A stretch of 63,530 bases of DNA, counting the filler, from Craspedostauros australis (Eukaryota), in NCBI GenBank assembly GCA_030167865.1. It is 9 parts of 9 records of this genome, joined end to end, with 100 filler letters (N's around TTAATTAATTAA, not from the genome) between each part and the next. Parts side by side here need not be neighbours in the genome. Positions count along the whole stretch, not along the records: positions 55,845 to 59,321 come from JALAGF010003930.1; positions 59,422 to 63,530 come from JALAGF010003933.1; 7 more parts are not named here. One strand, written 5' to 3'. A program made the translations under genes and the position numbers. The notes under the pieces were generated by a model. It searched no databases, was not told the origin of the DNA, and saw nothing but the letters and a program-made list of their open reading frames with translations. Below, piece after piece: positions 57,598-63,530 of this stretch; the stretch's first letter is position 1, and each line of letters begins with the position of its first letter.

Positions 57598-58291
57598 GGG
57601 CGTCGATCGGCGCGTGCGTGTGCGCGAAGGCATTGGGGCAGGATGGAGCCGAAAGGTGGCCTGCATCCATACGAGTAATGCGTATGAGTACAGTGGTTTC
57701 CATTCCGAGAGTACGCGCGTTGACGACGAAGAAACATGTTGTTGATCCACACAGCTGCATCGTATAGAGTAGCCCGTTGAGTAGAGTTAAACGCCAGCAC
57801 CGCCAAGGAAGTGGCAATAACACGATTACTGCCATTGGTGGAGATGGAGAGACGAGCGTGTCCGTGTGGCATCGTCGTGGACGGTCAAGTATTCTTGTTC
57901 GTGTACGATACGCAACTCGGTCGCAGAGCTGGAAGAGTGGATGCAATACTTGGGCTGAATTTGGTTCTGTTGCGACAGCGTACCGACTTCGTCGTCAACT
58001 TCATTGTATGGTGTGAGCAGACCCTCCTTGACATCAATCCGTGTGATGGTGGTGATACCACACAACCAGTCTGCTCCGCTGTACGGGTACGAGTGGATCA
58101 TTGTAGTCGTACGAGTAATACAACTTGAGCAGAATGAGGACTCCATCAGATCAACAGGAGGCGTGATGAAGAGGAAGTGCCACCACTGTTGCCTTTCTTC
58201 GTCCTCTTGCGTGTGTGTGGGTATCAGTGCAAGGTTATGAATTCAAGGAGATGGGAACATCATCCAGCCATGTCTACAGGCATGTGTGAGT

Positions 58292-58319
58292 GTTGGTTGG
58301 TTGGTTGGTTGGTTGGTTG
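58292..58319. repeat. (GTTG)7 microsatellite
   Basis: Perfect run. Confidence 0.93.
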
Positions 58320-59321
58320 CTCGTCTGGAGTGTTGCGTTTGGGTTCGACTTGAGTTGGCATAGTTGACGTCAGTGGCTTGGTTAATTCGTTGATGATTCT
58401 CCGAGAGCGGATCAATCACGCGTGGTTGGCATACGCCCGTCGCCATGGGCAAGGCGAAAAGGACTGCGCCAGCGTTTGTGCGTGCGTCTGAAGGCACATA
58501 CAATAAATGTGGATTCTGTCGGTCGTGAATGAGACAAGAAAGGACCTGCCATCACGAAGGAACGAAAATGAGGCGTCGCGGTGTTGGCGGAAACACGGAA
58601 CTCGAAGATCGTGAACAGAAGTTGGAGAGAGATGCGAGGATAGTTGTGCGTTGATGAAGCGATTGCAGGGTTGAGCAAAGCATGTGCGTTGCGTGTTCCA
58701 GAGCGGAGAGCCTGGTAGATGCAAGGAATGACTCCGAATGGGAGCTAATAGGTGTTTGGCAGGTCTGGACCACGATCTGACGAGGCAACAAAACGCAAGG
58801 CCAACCAAGATGAGACGAGGTGAGTGGAACGAACAAGAGCGAGTGGGCATGGTCTTTGTGTGACGGTGAGGCTGAGAGAGAGAGAGAGGGGGGGAGAGCG
58901 GCAGAGCGAGCGAGTCAGTTCGTCCGTGGGATCCAGATAGCAGAAGCATCGGAGAAACCATCGACGGGATGGAGAGGGCCAGCTTCGTTGAGAATGAATT
59001 TGCTTCGCATTCATGTATGAGGCTGCTGCGCATTCTTCATCATACACACTTTACTCACGAAAGGAAAGGAAAGAACGTATCAATGCAATACCAGTGAGCG
59101 CGTTGCTCTTCGAAGATTGGCCAAACAGGACATCCCAACAATAATAGTTCTTCTGTTTGGTTCGTTGTCTCGACAGCAACCAGCATCCAGCACTTCTCAT
59201 TCATGCTGATAGGCTATTCCACGGGCTACAGAGAGTGGAGCATGTTGCTTCTCAACTGCCAATGTTACCGTCTATCAGTGCATTTGGTTCCGGTGTGATG
59301 AAATGGTGTGCGGTGTATAGT

Positions 59322-59421
59322 NNNNNNNNNNNNNNNNNNNNNNNNNNNNNNNNNNNNNNNNNNNNTTAATTAATTAANNNNNNNNNNNNNNNNNNNNNNN
59401 NNNNNNNNNNNNNNNNNNNNN
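59322..59421. other. Artificial contig linker
   Basis: 44N-TTAATTAATTAA-44N. Confidence 0.98.
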
Positions 59422-60621
59422 TGACGAGGTGCGGAAGGCGATGACGACGTCGGCTTGCCGACTGCGATCGGACTTCGTCTGCATGGCCAGGCGTAGCAGT
59501 ACTGCGCCCGTGTTTGGTGGGAGGTCGTTGTTGCTGGCGTCTCGTGGGTCGAGAATGGTGACATCCGACCACGAGATACCGAAGGTTTCCGCCGCCCGTA
59601 GCCATCCCAGCCAGCCCATGAGGTTGATGACGCCCGCCATTGCTGCTGTCCGCCGCTGTTGTGGTGTGACTGCATGTTGGTATTGGTGGAGGAAGCTTCG
59701 GTCCATGAAGTGGACGTGACGAGAGAGCAAGGCGACCGAAGGTCGTGAGTCTTCGCCGAGTCGCGTGCGCATGCCCTGTGTCAGCATCGAATACCCGAGA
59801 TGGTCCGTCGGGAGGCATGTGTCGACGGTGATGGGTCGCTGCTTGGCGTCGAGCATGGCGCGTTCGGGATGCGCGATGCACATATTCCACATGCCAAAGG
59901 CCGATGCCGCGCTGCGTAGCCCACGTACGGTGCTGAACTTGATGGCCTGGGCGTCGAGTGCGTTCTTGCAAGAGGGCGTCTGCGTGGCGTAGTGCTCCTG
60001 CACCCACATGATCGGGATCGTGTCGGAGCAGGGTGGCGATTGGATGTCGGGCGGTTGCATAGTCGGGATGCCATATTGCAGACCGAACTTGCGCAACACT
60101 TGAATCTTGCTGCTGTATGTGGTGAGTGTGCCGGCTGCCCAGTTGTGTGCCATGTCGATGATGCGCATGCGTTCTAAGCGGAGGAGGTGATAGTCGGTGG
60201 GGCTGGAGACCAGTTCCCGCTGGAGGTGCACTTGGACCGTGCATGCCTCACAGACAAAGAGACCCAGTATGCTGAGGTTGGGTGGCAGCACCAGGCCTTT
60301 ATGATTGCGGAGGCGCGTGCGGAAGGGAGGTCCGACTCGACAGCACAGCTTGTGGTATCGGGTGTGACATGGCTGGTAGGAGATACCGCCGTGAGTGAAC
60401 CCAATGTCGGCGAAGTGACACTGGTGTGCGGCGGTGCGCCGATTGATACTCCTAGCACAACCCGTGCAAACGCTCGGCGATCCGTTGGTGATGCCGCCGA
60501 TTCCGGGAGCGGGGAGCAAAGTCCAATCTGGGCGGCGTGAGGGAACGAGTGTGTGGAGAGACACGGAGGAGGAGGTTAGGAATGTTGAGAGGAGAAGAAG
60601 AGGAGAGAGACAGGTCGTCAT
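59422..60621 (-). CDS. Tyrosine recombinase with N-terminal Cys/His finger; 3' truncated
   Basis: WAAGTLTTY core-binding start, catalytic WLRAAE and TKSDR motifs; true start uncertain. Confidence 0.8.
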
Positions 60622-63382
60622 TGGTGAACACTCCGACCCGGATGAGATGACGTGAGAGTCGGACGAAAGTGCGTTGGAGCACTCTGGGGACGAGGATGAC
60701 GAATCCAGTATCCGATGGCTGCTCCGCCCAGCATCCCAGCAGGAAGTAGATCAGCTGATAGGCCAGTTCTGGCGGCGGCGCCCACAGGGTGATGCAGTTC
60801 ATGCAGCTCTCTGGGTTCCATGGGCGGTCCCATCGACGTAGTAGTACAGTCGTGGGAGTGTCAGGGAAGGCGAGGGACGCGATCCGGGAGACATGCCGTT
60901 GTTGGAGTGGTGCCGGGGCCAGACATGCGGATAAGATCCGCGATGACGTCGGTCTCTGATGGGCCGCATTGATCCAGATCCCACGGCTGAGTCCGTCAGT
61001 CCCTTCGGTGATGATGGCGGTGCCAGGGATGTGGATGACTTGGAGGTGGCACGACAGGCGAAGCTCGAGCTGCTTGATCTTTCGAACCATCTTGTGCAGT
61101 TCCGGTGATGTGGAAGTGCCTCCATCGACAACACAGTAGGTGCACATGTTGTTGGTGAAGTAGAAGAAGGTGGCGCCGAAGACGTCAGTGGCGGATGCCG
61201 GGTTGTTGGCGACCTGCTGCAGAGTGCTGAGTAGGGTGCGCAGCTCCTTCCAGTTGGATGAGTGGCGTGTGGCCACAAGGGAGGACCATGTGCCCATCCA
61301 CATGCATGAGGGTTGACTGGGGAAGAGGATGGTGCCACCGGTGCCTGTGCCACTGCCGTCTCCAAAGCTGCTGACGAGAATGCCGGTGCGGGTCGCGCGA
61401 CCGCTTCGTGCGGTATCGTTGGTGAGCGCTGATCGCCACCATTGGAGGTCTTGTGTGACTGCGAGGGTGATGGCTGTGTAGCTGAAGTATGGTAAATCAG
61501 GTTGGTCCCATTCGCTGGGATGGATGAGTGCGTAGAGATCCCGCAGGTAGTTGCGACCGAGGTACGATGGTGTGGCCTCGGCTACGCTCTCCAACATGCC
61601 CGCCAGAACCGCGAGGGCGAGTCGGGAGACTCTTGTGGGTGTGGCTTCGATGTAGTCCAACACCGCGATGATCTTGTCCCGTTTCAGCGGAGGGATGCGT
61701 AGGCGTGGTGTGCTCGTGGTGTCAAAAATCAGTCCAGTGTACTTGACGACCTGGCTGGGTGGCGTGAGCTTGCCAGGGTGACAGAGTAGGCCACAGTCCA
61801 CCGACAGGTCGAGGAAGGCCGACAATGCCGCTGCGGTCTTGTGGCGTGTGGGTCCATGGATGATGAAGTCATCACAGTGGGCCCACACGAGAGCGGCGGG
61901 CAATCCGTCGGATCCGACGGCCACAAGTCCCTGTCCTCTGGTATGGTCATAGTCCAGGCCTTGGTCGAATGCGGTCCACCACATATTAGAGCGTTGAGTG
62001 CCTTGGTATATCGGAGAATGCTCGCGTAGTCGTCGGAGGAAAGCGGTTCCTAGTCTGCATGCGATAGCCGGTGATTGGCTGGATCCCATTGGCAGCCCAG
62101 CATACTGGTACATTTCTCCCGAAATCGGATGTTGGATGCCAAGAAATCGCCTTTCGTCAGGACGCGTTCGAAATTGGTAAAAATACTTCGAAGCATCCAC
62201 CACCGCCGACCATCCACCGTGATACATTTGTTTCAAAATGTCGCGGCTTTTTGGAAAAATGGTCGGATCGGCCCCAATGAACTCGTTGGTGCGGTTTTCC
62301 CGCATGTTGGCGATGATGCGCCATTGATCGGGCTGCATGGGTTTCGGTAGAGCAAAGAGTGGAGCATTGACAACCACTGGATGAAGTGGGTCTTGCGGCT
62401 CGACGACGCCGAGGCTGAGTAGCTCGTCGACGAAGTCTGCTGCCACCTGTTGTTGTTCAGCGGTCATGTCGGTGTTATCATGGTGTCCTGATTCCGGAGT
62501 GCCTAGAAAATTCATCGGGCTCCCTTCTCGCAGATGGCCCCAGTGCTGTTGAGGGAATTCCCACCAGAGTACTCGTAGCTGTTTGGGGTCGGGGTGTGTG
62601 TCCGTGTAGTTGGTGCGGTGAACGCGTAGGTCGTCGAGTCCGTCCTCGAGTAGCGAAGCGGATCGTTCTCCGTAACGCCCACAAGCCTGCCGCAGGTTGC
62701 CCACACGGCGCCGATGCCAATCGCTGCCAGGAGAGAGGTCGGGTGGGGACCATTGATATCGGGAGTCGCCGTTGTTGTCCTCGGTGATGGTTGGCTGGGT
62801 CTGTCTTCGTCGTCTTCGTCGTCGTCGTCGTTCTGTCGTTGGTGTCGTAGGTTGGGAGGGTTCGGAGTGCTGATGTACTTGGCGGGCCAAGTCCATCAAC
62901 GGTGTGGAGAGGTACTCCAGCAGATGTTGTGACGGAGTGTGGAAAAGCACTCGCCACTTCGCCTGCTTCAGCACCTCTCCAGGGAGCGAGCTGCCCAGGG
63001 CTTTCCCTAACTCGTCTGGAAAGAGGCGTCTGACGCCTCTATCCGTCTGAATGAGGGCAAGCCGGTCCATTGGCATCGCAGATGTTGCGCTGTCGACGAC
63101 CGACTGGGCGTTACTCTTCGTTATGTAGCATCTTCGCGGAACTCCGCAGTGACGAAGACAGTTCGCCATGCTTCGTTCAGATGCGGGTTGGAGGTCTGGC
63201 CAGTCGATGCCAGATGCCGTCCACGTTGTTGCCGCCCTCACCACCACCGTATAAATCACCGATACCGCTCCACCCATTCGTTGGTTGGGGAGGGCCTTGA
63301 TCTGTGTTCCGTAACCGAGGTCCGTCCAGAGCTTGCACTCCCGTTTGGAGGCCGCATGTTGTATCCACCCCAGGTGGGGTCC
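60452..63382 (-). CDS. DIRS-type polyprotein: C5-MTase-like segment, RT, RNase H, N6-MTase-like tail
   Basis: RT: WRIIANMR, VVDASKYFYQF, LPMGSSQSP, HCDD (61868-79); RNase H: GDGSGTG, SNWKEL, TNN, DGLSRG; frame open upstream of ATG63277 to a TGA at 63395-97. Confidence 0.88.
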   Translation of the reverse strand, partial: GPHLGWIQHAASKRECKLWTDLGYGTQIKALPNQRMGGAVSVIYTVVVRAATTWTASGIDWPDLQPASERSMANCLRHCGVPRRCYITKSNAQSVVDSATSAMPMDRLALIQTDRGVRRLFPDELGKALGSSLPGEVLKQAKWRVLFHTPSQHLLEYLSTPLMDLARQVHQHSEPSQPTTPTTERRRRRRRRRQTQPTITEDNNGDSRYQWSPPDLSPGSDWHRRRVGNLRQACGRYGERSASLLEDGLDDLRVHRTNYTDTHPDPKQLRVLWWEFPQQHWGHLREGSPMNFLGTPESGHHDNTDMTAEQQQVAADFVDELLSLGVVEPQDPLHPVVVNAPLFALPKPMQPDQWRIIANMRENRTNEFIGADPTIFPKSRDILKQMYHGGWSAVVDASKYFYQFRTRPDERRFLGIQHPISGEMYQYAGLPMGSSQSPAIACRLGTAFLRRLREHSPIYQGTQRSNMWWTAFDQGLDYDHTRGQGLVAVGSDGLPAALVWAHCDDFIIHGPTRHKTAAALSAFLDLSVDCGLLCHPGKLTPPSQVVKYTGLIFDTTSTPRLRIPPLKRDKIIAVLDYIEATPTRVSRLALAVLAGMLESVAEATPSYLGRNYLRDLYALIHPSEWDQPDLPYFSYTAITLAVTQDLQWWRSALTNDTARSGRATRTGILVSSFGDGSGTGTGGTILFPSQPSCMWMGTWSSLVATRHSSNWKELRTLLSTLQQVANNPASATDVFGATFFYFTNNMCTYCVVDGGTSTSPELHKMVRKIKQLELRLSCHLQVIHIPGTAIITEGTDGLSRGIWINAAHQRPTSSRILSACLAPAPLQQRHVSRIASLAFPDTPTTVLLRRWDRPWNPESCMNCITLWAPPPELAYQLIYFLLGCWAEQPSDTGFVILVPRVLQRTFVRLSRHLIRVGVFTNDDLSLSSSSPLNIPNLLLRVSPHTRSLTPPRLDFAPRSRNRRHHQRIAERLHGLC

Positions 63383-63530
63383 TGTCCTATTAGCTCAAAC
63401 TAGTATTCCTATTAGTCGTGTTAAGATTTAGTCGAGTTAATCAAATGACCAACTGCTCAGAGTTTGAGCGGGATTGAAGCGTGACTCGATGTCGGTGGGA
63501 TGGGGTCCCACCCTCGAATCGTGCTCTACT

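Larger units (their letters stand above)
59422..63382 (-). mobile_element. DIRS-like tyrosine-recombinase retrotransposon, partial
   Basis: RT-RNase H ORF followed by an overlapping tyrosine recombinase ORF; no DDE integrase seen. Confidence 0.88.

Noticed and set aside
57826..59033. Minus-strand ORFs of 100-205 aa downstream of the GT34 gene
   Set aside because: Low-complexity, microsatellite-containing, no motifs; likely intergenic or UTR

Overview
Eukaryotic genomic DNA, most likely from a diatom. This is inferred from GT-AG introns, CoDi-type Copia elements, an 'AF'-type bipartite plastid presequence, RXL/KXXK motifs and diatom-style gene families. The window is not contiguous: it is nine contigs joined by eight artificial 100-bp linkers (44 N + TTAATTAATTAA + 44 N), so adjacency across linkers is not biological. 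Mobile elements: two copies of one Ty1/Copia family (1-3229 with open pol; 39389-45239 with gag and a pol broken by three stops), a LINE-like non-LTR retrotransposon (45340-49857) plus a distant ORF1 homologue (3330-5548), a DIRS-like tyrosine-recombinase retroelement (59422-63382) and a piggyBac-like remnant. About 14 host genes: two sulfotransferase-like paralogues, an NXPE/PC-esterase-like protein, a flavin amine oxidase, a Cys-rich solenoid protein, a 2OG-oxygenase/ankyrin protein, a 2118-aa membrane protein, a RING-H2 ligase, a ZIP transporter, a plastid repeat protein, a secreted tandem-domain protein, a Patched-like protein, a GT34 enzyme and a PDI-like gene. The most interesting signals not shown by the ORF track are: a G_GAU_UUU -1 frameshift with a candidate pseudoknot joining Copia gag and pol; a PDZ-like domain inside Copia pol; a C5-cytosine-methyltransferase-like segment fused ahead of the DIRS RT and a PHD-like finger on its recombinase; and a PDI-like gene with an in-frame UGA at its redox site (UGYC, selenocysteine) that looks disrupted in this copy. 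All domain calls come from motif recognition by eye, not database searches.
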